64,000 bases of DNA, from positions 381,362,001-381,426,000 of the forward strand of contig NW_027362769.1 of assembly GCF_046119375.1 (NCBI RefSeq), read 5' to 3'. Below, one piece after another: positions 1 to 22,835 of the stretch; the stretch's first letter is position 1; the number at the start of each line of letters is the position of its first letter. Under the pieces are notes generated by a model. It had not been told where the DNA came from. It ran no database searches and was given only the letters and a program-made list of their open reading frames with translations. A program made the translations under genes and the position numbers. This DNA comes from Phyllobates terribilis (Eukaryota).

Positions 1-15
1 CCGAAAAATACAGTA
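1..15. mobile_element. Right terminus of a Tc2/pogo-like MITE (element extends off the window)
   Basis: ccgaaaaatacag|ta is identical to the right end of the TA-flanked MITE at 59789-59803. Confidence 0.55.
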
Positions 16-2358
16 ATTATATATATACAGCTGGTATAACCTGGGCATCTCCCGTATATATTTATATATGTACAGCTGGAATAACCTGGGCATCTCCTGT
101 ATATAATTATATATGTACAGCTGGTATAACCTGGGCATCTCCTGTATATAATTATATACTGTATGTACAGCTGGTATAACCTGGGCACCTCCTGTATATA
201 ATTATATATGTACAGCTGGAATAACCGGGGCATCTCCTGTATATAATTATATACTGTATGTACAGCTGGTATAACCTGGGCACCTCCTGTATATAATTAT
301 ATATGTACAGCTGGTATAACCTGGGCATCTCCTATATATAATTATATATGTACAGCTGGTATAACCTGGGCATCTCCTGTATATAATTATATATGTACAG
401 CTGGTATAACCTGGGTATCTCCTGTATATAATTATATATGTACAGCTGGTATAACCTGGGTATCTCCTGTATATAATTATATATGTACAGCTGGTATAAC
501 CTGGGCACCTCCTGTATATAATTATATATGTACAGCTGGAATAACCGGGGCATCTCCTGTATATAATTATATACTGTATGTACAGCTGGTATAACCTGGG
601 CACCTCCTGTATATAATTATATATGTACAGCTGGTATAACCTGGGCATCTCCTATATATAATTATATATGTACAGCTGGTATAACCTGGGCATCTCCTGT
701 ATATAATTATATATGTACAGCTGGTATAACCTGGGTATCTCCTGTATATAATTATATATGTACAGCTGGTATAACCTGGGCATCTCCTGTATATAATTAT
801 ATATGTACAGCTGGTATAACCTGGGCATCTCCTGTATATAATTATATATGTACAGCTGGTATAACCTGGGTATCTCCTGTATATAATTATATATGTACAG
901 CTGGTATAACCTGGGCATCTCCTGTATATAATTATATATGTACAGCTGGTATAACCTGGGCATCTCCTGTATATAATTATATACTGTATGTACAGCTGGT
1001 ATAACCTGGGCACCTCCTGTATATAATTATATATGTACAGCTGGAATAACCGGGGCATCTCCTGTATATAATTATATACTGTATGTACAGCTGGTATAAC
1101 CTGGGCACCTCCTGTATATAATTATATATGTACAGCTGGTATAACCTGGGCATCTCCTATATATAATTATATATGTACAGCTGGTATAACCTGGGCATCT
1201 CCTGTATATAATTATATATGTACAGCTGGTATAACCTGGGTATCTCCTGTATATAATTATATATGTACAGCTGGTATAACCTGGGCATCTCCTGTATATA
1301 ATTATATATGTACAGCTGGTATAACCTGGGCACCTCCTGTATATAATTATATATGTACAGCTGGAATAACCTGGGCACCTCCTGTATATAATTATATATG
1401 TACAGCTGGAATAACCGGGGCATCTCCTGTATATAATTATATACTGTATGTACAGCTGGTATAACCTGGGCACCTCCTGTATATAATTATATATGTACAG
1501 CTGGTATAACCTGGGCATCTCCTATATATAATTATACATGTACAGCTGGTATAACCTGGGCATCTCCTGTATATAATTATATATGTACAGCTGGTATAAC
1601 CTGGGTATCTCCTGTATATAATTATATATGTACAGCTGGTATAACCTGGGCATCTCCTGTATATAATTATATATGTACAGCTGGTATAATCTGGGCATCT
1701 CCTGTATATAATTATATATGTACAGCTGGTATAACCTGGGTATCTCCTGTATATAATTATATATGTACAGCTGGTATAACCTGGGCATCTCCTGTATATA
1801 ATTATATATGTACAGCTGGTATAACCTGGGCATCTCCTGTATATAATTATATACTGTATGTACAGCTGGTATAACCTGGGCACCTCCTGTATATAATTAT
1901 ATATGTACAGCTGGAATAACCGGGGCATCTCCTGTATATAATTATATACTGTATGTACAGCTGGTATAACCTGGGCACCTCCTGTATATAATTATATATG
2001 TACAGCTGGTATAACCTGGGCATCTCCTATATATAATTATATATGTACAGCTGGTATAACCTGGGCATCTCCTGTATATAATTATATATGTACAGCTGGT
2101 GTAACCTGGGCATCTCCTATATATAATTATATATGTACAGCTGGTATAACCTGGGCATCTCCTGTATATAATTATATATGTACAGCTGGTATAACCTGGG
2201 TATCTCCTGTATATAATTATATATGTACAGCTGGTATAACCTGGGCATCTCCTATATATAATTATATATGTACAGCTGGTATAACCTGGGCATCTCCTGT
2301 ATATAATTATATATGTACAGCTGGTATAACCTGGGTATATTCTGTATATAATTATATA
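14..2358. repeat. 45-bp AT-rich minisatellite (tatataattatatatgtacagctggtataacctgggcatctcctg), ~51 units, with ~870-bp higher-order structure
   Basis: Direct periodicity; variant units recur at 870-bp spacing (572/1442, 982/1852, 1077/1947). Confidence 0.97.
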
Positions 2359-2573
2359 CAGTACAGACCAAAAGTTTGGACACATCTTCTCATTTAAAAA
2401 TTTTTCTGTATTTTCATGACTATGAAAATTGTACAAAAAAGGGGGATACGTGGCACTCCTTGAACTTATGGGTGCTCAGATAGGATTCCACTCCAATTAA
2501 TGAAAAGTAAGAATCTGGCACTCCCAATTTCAGTGAAAAGATTTCAAAAACTATTTTTTATTATCATGATTCA

Positions 2574-2619
2574 TTAGAGTTAACGTTTCGGCCTCATTCG
2601 GCCTTCATCAGAACTGTAA
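2574..2619 (-). ncRNA. Minimal type I hammerhead ribozyme motif (mirror copy)
   Basis: Exact reverse complement of 2971-3016. Confidence 0.78.
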
Positions 2620-2970
2620 ATACAATTGACAAGAAATACATATGAGTATAAATTCCATGTTTCAACATATGTAACAAACAGTTAATACATATATGAATCA
2701 AGTTTTAAAGGAAATAATTACAAAGACAATATACAAAAAAAAGGAAACAGAGAAATAATTAATCAAAACTAGTTCTTAGTATACTTAGTATACTATACTA
2801 TACTAGTATACTAAGAACTAGTTTTGATTAATTATTTCTCTGTTTCCTTTTTTTTGTATATTGTCTTTGTAATTATTTCCTTTAAAACTTGATTCATATA
2901 TGTATTAACTGTTTGTTACATATGTTGAAACATGGAATTTATACTCATATGTATTTCTTGTCAATTGTAT

Positions 2971-3016
2971 TTACAGTTCTGATGAAGGCCGAATGAGGCC
3001 GAAACGTTAACTCTAA
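2971..3016 (+). ncRNA. Minimal type I hammerhead ribozyme motif
   Basis: Stem I ttacagtt/aactctaa (7 of 8 pairs), core CUGAUGA plus extra A, stem II ggcc-gaatga-ggcc, GAAA, palindromic stem III ACGU, predicted cleavage after GUU. Confidence 0.78.
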
Positions 3017-3444
3017 TGAATCATGATAATAAAAAATAGTTTTTGAAATCTTTTCACTGAAATTGGGAGTGCCAGATTCTTACTTTTCATTTTATGAAAA
3101 TTGTACATTCACACTGAAAGCATCACAACTATGAATTAACACATGTGGAATTATATACTTAACAAAAAAGTGTGAAACAACTGAAAATATGTCTTATATT
3201 CTAGGTTCTTCAAAGTAGCCACCTTTTGCTTTGATGACTGCTTTGCACACTCTTGGCATTCTCTTGATGAGCTTCAAGAGGTAGTCACCGGAAATGGTTT
3301 TCACTTCACAGGTGTGCCCTGCCAGGTTTAATAAGTGGGATTTCTTGCCTTATAAATGGGGTTGGGACCATCAGTTGTGTTGTGCAGAAGTCTGGTGGAT
3401 ACACAGCTGATAGTCCTACTGAATAGACTGTTAGAATTTGTATT

Positions 3445-4497
3445 ATGGCAAGAAAAAAGCAGCTAAGTAAAGAAAAACGAGTGGCCATCATTATTTTAAG
3501 AAATTAAGGTCAGTCAGTCTGAAAAATTGGGAAAACTTTGAAAGTGTCCCCAAGTGCAGTTGCAAAAACCATCAAGCGCTACAAAGAAACTGGCTCACAT
3601 GAGGACCGCCCCAGGAAAGGAAGACCAAGAGTCACCTCTGCTTCTGAGGATAAGTTTATCTGAGTCACCAGCCTCAGAAATCGCAGGTTAACAGCAGCTC
3701 AGATTAGAGACCAGGTCAATGCCGCACAGAGTTCTAGCAGCAGACACATCTCTACAACAACTGTTAAGAGGAGACTTTGTGCAGCAGGCCTTCATGCTAA
3801 AATAGCTGCTAGGAAACCACTGCTAAGGACAGGCAACAAGCAGAAGAGACTTGTTTAGGCTAAAGAACACAAGGAATGGACATTAGACCAGTGGAAATCT
3901 GTGCTTTGGTCTGATGAGTCCAAATTTGAGATCTTTGGTTCCAACCACCGTGTCTTTGAGCGACGCAGAAAAGGTGAACGGATGGACTCTACATGCCTGG
4001 TTCCCACCGTGAAGCATGGAGGAGGAGGTGTGATGGTGTGGGGGTGCTTTGCTGGTGACACTGTTGGGGATTTATTCAAAATTGAAGGCATACTGAACCA
4101 GCATGGCTACCACAGCATCTTGCAGCGGCATGCTATTCCATCCGGTTTGCGTTTAGTTGGACCATCATTTATTTTTCAACATGACAATGACCCCAAACAC
4201 ACCTCCAGGCTGTGTAAGGGCTATTTGACCAAGAAGGAGAGTGATGGGGTGCTACGCCAGATGACCTGGCCTCCACAGTCACCAGACCTGAACCCAATCG
4301 AGATGGGTTGGGGTGAGCTGGACCGCAGAGTGAAGGCAAAAGGGCCAACAAGTGCTAAGCATCTCTGGGAACTCCTTCAAGATTGTTGGAAGACCATTTC
4401 CGGTGACTACCTCTTGAAGCTCATCAAGAGAATGCCAAGAGTGTGCAAAGCAGTCATCAAAGCAAAAGGCAGCTACTTTGAAGAACCTAGAATATAA
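3445..4497 (+). pseudogene. Tc1 transposase (DD38E) with 4 in-frame stop codons
   Basis: MARKKQLSKEKR start, GRPR linker, WSDES, HDNDPKH...SPDLNPIE; 38 residues between the second D and E; single frame with premature TAA/TGA/TGA/TAG. Confidence 0.93.
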
Positions 4498-4659
4498 GAC
4501 ATATTTTCAGTTGTTTCACACTTTTTGTTAAGTATATAATTCCACATGTGTTAATTCATAGTTTTGATGCCTTCAGTGTGAATGTACAATTTTCAAAGTC
4601 ATGAAAATACAGAAAAATCTTTAAATGAGAAGGTGTGTCCAAACTTTTGGTCTGTACTG

Positions 4660-4866
4660 TATGTACATCTGGTATAACCTGGGTATCTCCTGTATATAAT
4701 TATATATGTACAGCTGGTATAACCTGGGTATCTCCTGTATATAATTATATATGTACAGCTGGTATAACCTGGGCATCTCCTGTATATAATTATATATGTA
4801 CAGCTGGTATAACCTGGGCATCTCCTGTATATAATTATATATGTACAGCTGGTATAACCTGGGCAT
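4660..4866. repeat. Continuation of the 45-bp minisatellite right of the Tc1 insertion
   Basis: Same unit, in register with the left array across the TA duplication. Confidence 0.95.
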
Positions 4867-5379
4867 GTTCTGGTACATATAATATAATATAACACCATCA
4901 GTAAGCACCAAATAGAAGTATATATTTTACAGTACAGCGGTTTGTCACATATATTCTTTTTACAGTGCATATATGATATATTATTTCTTATAATAACATT
5001 TTTATATTTCTCCATCTTTATAGAATAACACAAAGAACAATCCTATCGGGCTACAGAGAATGGAGGCGGCTCCGGTCACAGTGAGCCAGGACCCTTCACA
5101 ATACAGTGTAAATGTTATGCTACCATTCATACTGAATATTACAGATAATAGCGCGTCCCGTTCACCCGTCGTTACGTCACAGTTCTTCATTTTGTAGATA
5201 AAAAAAAAAAAAATCTGGAGCCTTAACCCAATTCACCCCAATGTGCCGCTCCTCTTGTTACCCTATCAGGAAGCTGAGATATGAGGAGCTGTTTCTACAC
5301 AGTAATCCATACAAATAACTCCTTATATCTCAGAATCCGGGACTTAAAGGGAAAGTGTCATCAGAAAATTATCAATTGT

Positions 5380-5760
5380 TTAAAGAGAACCTGTCACTCG
5401 CCATGAACATGTACGATATTTTTTTTTTACCTGGTGTAAATGCCGCTGTTCTCCTGAATCCGGTGATGTTTTTCTTTTGTTCCTGCGCCTCTCCGTTCCT
5501 GAGATATGGCTTCATCTTCCCTGCAAATACCTCTAATCTCGTTAGCCAAGTGGGCATGGTCAGATCTTCTGTGGGCGTGTTTTTGAGGGACACTCCCCAC
5601 TGCCTAACAAGAATAGATTTATATCCAAAGAATAGGGGACGATATCTCAGGAATGGAGAGGCACAGGAAGAAAATGAAAACATCGCCGGATTCAGGAGAA
5701 CAGCGGCATTTAAACCAGGTAAGAAAATTATATCTTTATGGCAAGTGACAAGTCTTTTGA
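5380..5760. mobile_element. TTAA-associated T2/Kolobok-like MITE
   Basis: Begins ttaa-agagaacctgtcac; arms ~5384-5510 and ~5640-5757 are inverted repeats, which explains the mirror ORFs. Confidence 0.7.
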
Positions 5761-5764
5761 ACAT

Positions 5765-7102
5765 CAGGTTTTTACATTTCTTGCATGTTTGTCACACTTA
5801 AATGTTTCAGATCACAAAACAAATGTAAATAGACAAAGATAACACAAGTAACCACAAAATGCAGTTTTTAAATGAAGGTTTTTATTATTAAGGGAAATAG
5901 AAATCCAAACCTAAAGGGCCCTGTGTGATAGTGATTGCCCCCTAAACCTAATAACTAGTTGGGCCCTTAGCAGCAACAACAGCAACCAAGCGTTTGTGAT
6001 AACTGGCAATGAGTCTTTTACAACGCTCTGGAGGAATTTTGGCCGCTCATCTTTGAAAGATTGTTGTAATTCAGCCACATTGGAGGGTTTCCGAGCATGT
6101 ACGGCCTTTTTAAGGTCATGCCACAGCATCTCAATCGGATTAAGGTGGGGACTTTGACTAGGCCACCCCAAAGTCTTAATTTTGTTTTTCTTAAGAAATT
6201 CAGAGGTGGACTTGCTTGTGTGTTTTGGATCATTGTCCTGCTGCATAACCCAAGTGCGCTTCAGCTTGAGGTCAAAAACAGATGGCCGGACATTCTCCAT
6301 CAGGACTTTTTGGTAGACAGCAAAATTCTTGGTTCCATTTACCACAGCAAGGTCCTGAAGCAGCAAAACAGCCCCAGACTTTCCGAAAAGTTAAACTTTT
6401 GTCTTTTCAGTCCACAGAGTATTCTCCCAAAAATCTTGGCGATCATCAAGATGTTTTCTGGCAAAACTGAGACGAGACTTTGTTCTTTTTGCTCAGCAGT
6501 GGTTTTCGTCTTGAAACTCTGCCATGCATGTCATTTTTTCCCAGTCTCTTTCTTATGGTGGAGTCATGAACACTGACCTTAACTGAGGCAAGTGAGGCCT
6601 GCAGTTTATTGGATGTTGTCGTTGCTGCGCTCTTGGGGTAATTTTGGTCGGCCGGCCACTCCTGGGAAGGTTCACCACTGTTCCATGTTTTCGCCATTTG
6701 TGGATAATGGCTCTCACTGTGGTTTGCTGGAGTCCCAAAGCTTTAGAAATGGCTTTATAACCTTTTCCAGACTGATAGATCTCAATTACTTTTTTTCTCA
6801 TTTGTTCCTGAATTTCTTTGGATCGCAGCATGATGTCTAGCTTTTGAGGATCTTTTGGTCTACTTCACTTTGTCAGGCAGGTCCTATTTAAGTGATTTCT
6901 TGATTGAGAACAGGTGTGGCAGCAATCAGGTCTGTGTGTGGCTAGGGAAATAGAACTCAGCTTCCCAAAGATGTTATAAACCACAGTTAATTTATGTTTT
7001 AAGGGGGAAGGGGGGCAATCACTTTTTCACACAGGACCCTATAGGTTTGGATTTCTTTGTTCCTTAATAATAAAGACCTGCATTTATAAACTGCATTTTG
7101 TG
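5765..7102 (-). mobile_element. Decayed Tc1-like transposon, DD34E, frameshifted
   Basis: ORF fragments MLRSKEI...GRPTKIT, KPLLSKK, QQDNDPKH...PSQSPHLNPIE (34-residue spacing); inverted repeats ~5870-5945 and ~7010-7100. Confidence 0.88.
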
Positions 7103-7177
7103 GAATTTAAAGTGGAAAAACACACTACAGGCTGATCCAACTCTGATGTAATGTCCTTAAAACAAGTCAAAATAAGG

Positions 7178-7453
7178 CTCAGTATTGTGTGTGGCCTCCA
7201 CGTGCCTGTATGACCTCCCTACAACGCCTGGGCATGCTCCTGATGAGGCTGAGTATTGTGTGTGGCCTCCACGTGCCTGTATGACCTCCCTACAACGCCT
7301 GGGCATGCTCCTGATGAGGCTGAGTATTGTGTGTGGCCTCCACGTGCCTGTATGACCTCCCTACAACACCTGGGCATGCTCCTGATGAGTCTCAGTATTG
7401 TGTGTGGCCTCCACGTGCCTGTATGACCTCCCTACAACGCCTGGGCATGCTCC
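7178..7453 (-). repeat. 71-bp tandem repeat (~4 copies) derived from the 3' end of a third Tc1 transposase
   Basis: Period 71 (7181, 7252, 7323, 7394); minus strand reads LIRSMPRRCREVIQARGGHTQY*. Confidence 0.85.
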
Positions 7454-7470
7454 CTTTATTTTTTTGAGAA

Positions 7471-7475
<5 letters not shown>

Positions 7476-7532
<57 letters not shown>
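7476..7532. repeat. (TA)n microsatellite
   Basis: Direct; similar tracts at ~34655-34710, ~58238-58272 and ~58625-58684. Confidence 0.95.
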
Positions 7533-7538
<6 letters not shown>

Positions 7539-7971
7539 TTAAAAATAATTTTTACATTATCCATGTTATTGATAAAAAAAATCTTCTTTTTATATAAATA
7601 GTAATATGAAAAATCAGGAAAAATAATGTATTTGACCGAAAAACCTGATTTGAACAATCAGTAATTTTTCTACTAACACATTCCCTTTAAGTAAAGTTAG
7701 ATCATAAGACACTATTCCTAAAATACAATGTGGGACATAAACAGCACTCAATACTTTCGCTATATATATATATTTTTTGTATTTTCTTTATTTTAGTTTT
7801 TTTTTATGAGGGTAAAGTGATAATGATCCTCTAAAGAAAAAAATACAATCCACGCTAAAAACTAAATCAAGTAAAAAGTTTCTTGAGGATTAGTGTTATT
7901 CACCCCCATAGACAATAAATAACTTCATATTACCATATTTTCTGTGTGTCAGGCTCCGCCCCCTCAGACCC

Positions 7972-8474
7972 TGCACTGGCATAGCACACAGCACTGGCAT
8001 AGCACACAGCACTGGCATAGCACAAGGCACTGGCATAGCACACAGCACTGGCATAGCACACAGCACTGGCATAGTACACTGCACTGGCATAGCACACTGC
8101 ACTGGCATAGCACAAGGCACTGGCATAGCACACTGCACTGGCATAGCACACAGCACTGGCATAGCACACTGCACTGGCATAGCACACAGCACTGGCATAG
8201 CACACAGCACTGGCAAAGCACACAGCACTGGCAAAGCACAAGGCACTGGCATAGCACAAGGCACTGGCATAGCACACTGCACTGGCATAGCACACTGCAC
8301 TGGCATAGCACAAGGCACTGGCATAGCACAAGGCACTGGCATAGCACACTGCACTGGCATAGCACACTGCACTGGCATAGCACACAGCACTGGCAAAGCA
8401 CACAGCACTGGCATAGCACACAGCACTGGCAAAGCACACAGCACTGGCAAAGCATACAGCACTGGCATAGCACA
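7972..8474. repeat. 18-bp minisatellite (cactggcatagcacacag), ~28 units
   Basis: Direct periodicity. Confidence 0.95.
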
Positions 8475-9100
8475 GTCTGATCAGATTTACCCAGATAATT
8501 CCTTGAAGGTGTCTGGCACTGCCATAAAACTGGCAAGAGTAATAAAAAAAAGTATAAATAAATGTTTCAGTGAATTAAAAACAAAAATAGTAAAATGCCA
8601 TCATGCCCCTTTAATGGTATGGCAAGAATGGAAGTGGTGAAAGGGGCTTTCCAGTGGACGGCAAAGCTGCGTCTTTCCTATACAAGCTATTCAAAGGAAC
8701 ATATCTAAAGGAGCGTTGCGCTAACATGTCTCATCTCTAAAAGTAGAATGCCCCTTTAAGGCGGAGTGCTGCTTATGTCCCACCCTTTTTCCGGGTCACC
8801 TGGAGGCAGCCATTTTTACTTCTCTTACCTGAATTGTCCCAAAGATGTCAGCAGCATCTAATGATTTGTTAAGGTGCATGATACTGGTGGCCTTCATTGT
8901 GGGTAGCACCTGACATACCGGTAGTGATCAGTCACTGCGCCGCCGTGCGTTTCCATTTGTGTGAATGTATGGTGTAACCACGTGCGCTAGTAAAAGGAAT
9001 AATTCTGAACCAATCAGACACTTCCTTTTCAAAAGGGGGAGGAGCATTGGAGGATTGCTCGGATTTGATTAGTTAGGTCTGATCCACAGGTTTCTTCACA

Positions 9101-9106
9101 TTTATT
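9101..9106 (-). terminator. Candidate NT5M polyadenylation signal AATAAA
   Basis: AATAAA on the minus strand 2 nt after the NT5M stop codon. Confidence 0.45.
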
Positions 9107-9108
9107 GA

Positions 9109-20718
<11,610 letters not shown>

Positions 20719-21116
20719 GACGCCGGGGGAACTAGTCGCGCACTGTGCGGGGTCCACCGACACTGCGCTTGTATTCATGGAGCATCAGATCCGCACCTAT
20801 GTAAGAGGATGGGATGTGAGGGGGCTCTCCGGGGACGCCTGTGCTATACGCATGTGTGATATCACCCCGTCGGGGCTACCATTCAGGTCCCAGGAGGAGA
20901 TCTTGTTCTTCTTGGTGCCAAGTCTCATTCATTCAGCTGCAGCGATCTGTAGGGAATCATAGATTGTATATGTCACTTGTAGTCCGAAGCATCATGAATG
21001 CAACAAGCAACGTCACTGCAGGGTGTGAGCTGCAGACCGGAGCCCAGCAACAAGGGACTGCAGCAGTGTCCTCAGCATGCAGAAAGGTCTGCTGCAGCAT
21101 GTCATGTAATGATCAC

Positions 21117-22835
21117 AATCACTGCATGCACCGACCCCCCGACCCGCAGACACAGGGAGGGCTCGGGATCACTGCATGCACCGGCCACCCGATCTACAGA
21201 CACAGGGAGGGCTCGGGATCACTGCATGCACCGGCCCCCCCCGACCTACAGACACAGGGAGGGCTCGGGATCACTGCATGCACCGGCCACCCGACCCGCA
21301 GACACAGGGAGGGCTCGGGATCACTGCATGCACCGGCCACCCGACCCGCAGACACAGGGAGGGCTCGGGATCACTGCATGCACCGGCCCCCCGACCTACA
21401 GACACAGGGAGGGCTCGGGATCACTGCATGCACTGGCCCCCCAATCTACAGACACAGGGAGGGCTCGGGATCACTGCATGCACCGGACCCCCCCCGACCT
21501 ACAGACACAGGGAGGGCTCGGGATCACTGCATGCACCGGCCACCCGACCCGCAGACACAGGGAGGGCTCGGGATCACTGCATGCACCGGCCCCCCGACCT
21601 ACAGGCACAGGGAGGGCTCGGGATCACTGCATGCACCGGCCACCCGACCCGCAGACACAGGGAGGGCTCGGGATCACTGCATGCACCGGCCACCCGACCC
21701 GCAGACACAGGGAGGGCTCGGGATCACTGCATGCACTGGCCCCCCAATCTACAGACCCAGGGAGGGCTTGGGATCACTACATGCACCGGCCCCCCCGACC
21801 TACAGACACAGGGAGGGCTCGGGATCACTGCATGCACCGGCCACCCGACCCGCAGACACAGGGAGGGCTCGGGATCACTGCATGCACCGGCCCCCCCGAC
21901 CTACAGACACAGGGAGGGCTCGGGATCACTGCATGCACCGGCCACCCGACCCGCAGACACAGGGAGGGCTCGGGATCACTGCATGCACCGGCCCCCCCGA
22001 CCTACAGACACAGGGAGGGCTCGGGATCACTGCATGCACTGGCCACCCGACCCGCAGACACAGGGAGGGCTCGGGATCACTGCATGCACCGGCCCCCCCG
22101 ACCTACAGACACAGGGAGGGCTCGGGATCACTGCATGCACCGGCCACCAGACCCGCAGACACAGGGAGGGCTCGGGATCACTGCATGCACCGGCCCCCCC
22201 AACCTACAGACACAGGGAGGGCTCGGGATCACTGCATGCACCGGCCACCCGACCCGCAGACACAGGGAGGGCTCGGGATCACTGCATGCACCGGCCCCCC
22301 CGACCTACAGACACAGGGAGGGCTCGGGATCACTGCATGCACTGGCCCCCCAATCTACAGACACAGGGAGGGCTCGGGATCACCGCATGCACTGGCCCCC
22401 CAATCTACAGACACAGGGAGGGCTCGGGATCACTGCATGCACCGGCCCCCCAATCTACAGACACAGGGAGGGCTCGGGATCACTGCATGCACCGGCCCCC
22501 CAATCTACAGACACAGGGAGGGCTCGGGATCACTGCATGCACCGTCCCCCAATCTACAGACACAGGGAGGGCTCGGGATCACTGCATGCACTGGCCCCCC
22601 AATCTACAGACACAGGGAGGGCTCGGGATCACTGCATGCACCGTCCCCCAATCTACAGACACAGGGAGGGCTCGGGATCACTGCATGCACTGGCCCCCCA
22701 ATCTACAGACACAGGGAGGGCTCGGGATCACTGCATGCACCGGCCCCCAACCAACATAAACAGGGAGAGCACTGCATCTCTACATGCACCGGCTTTCCGA
22801 CCTACATACACAGGGGGGCTCTGCACTGCATGGAC
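21117..22835. repeat. ~50-bp GC/CpG-rich minisatellite, ~34 units, upstream of NT5M
   Basis: Unit gacacagggagggctcgggatcactgcatgcaccggccacccgacccgca; explains the 500-670-aa ORFs in all three + frames. Confidence 0.96.

Larger units (their letters stand above)
2436..3092. mobile_element. Penelope-like retroelement remnant (pLTR plus inverted copy) forming a ~590-bp palindrome
   Basis: Arms 2499-2785 and 2805-3091 are reverse complements; flanked by a 15-bp duplication tatgaaaattgtaca (2421-2435, 3093-3107); carries hammerhead motifs typical of Penelope pLTRs. Confidence 0.75.
2359..4659 (+). mobile_element. Tc1-superfamily DNA transposon, DD38E (Intruder-type), full-length but inactivated
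   Basis: TA target duplication (2357-2358, 4660-4661); ~267-bp TIRs beginning cagtacagaccaaaagtttgg, the left one interrupted at 2436-3092; internal transposase. Confidence 0.95.

Noticed and set aside
247-2436. Repetitive minus-strand ORFs (MPRLYQLYIYNYIQE...)
   Set aside because: Artefacts of the 45-bp satellite.
5355-5801. Overlapping ORFs on both strands with mirrored peptides
   Set aside because: A consequence of the MITE inverted repeats, not a gene.
20719-20778. In-frame upstream ATG extending NT5M by 20 aa
   Set aside because: Weak context (T at -3) versus G at -3 for 20718, and the shorter form gives the expected length and transit peptide; cannot be fully excluded.
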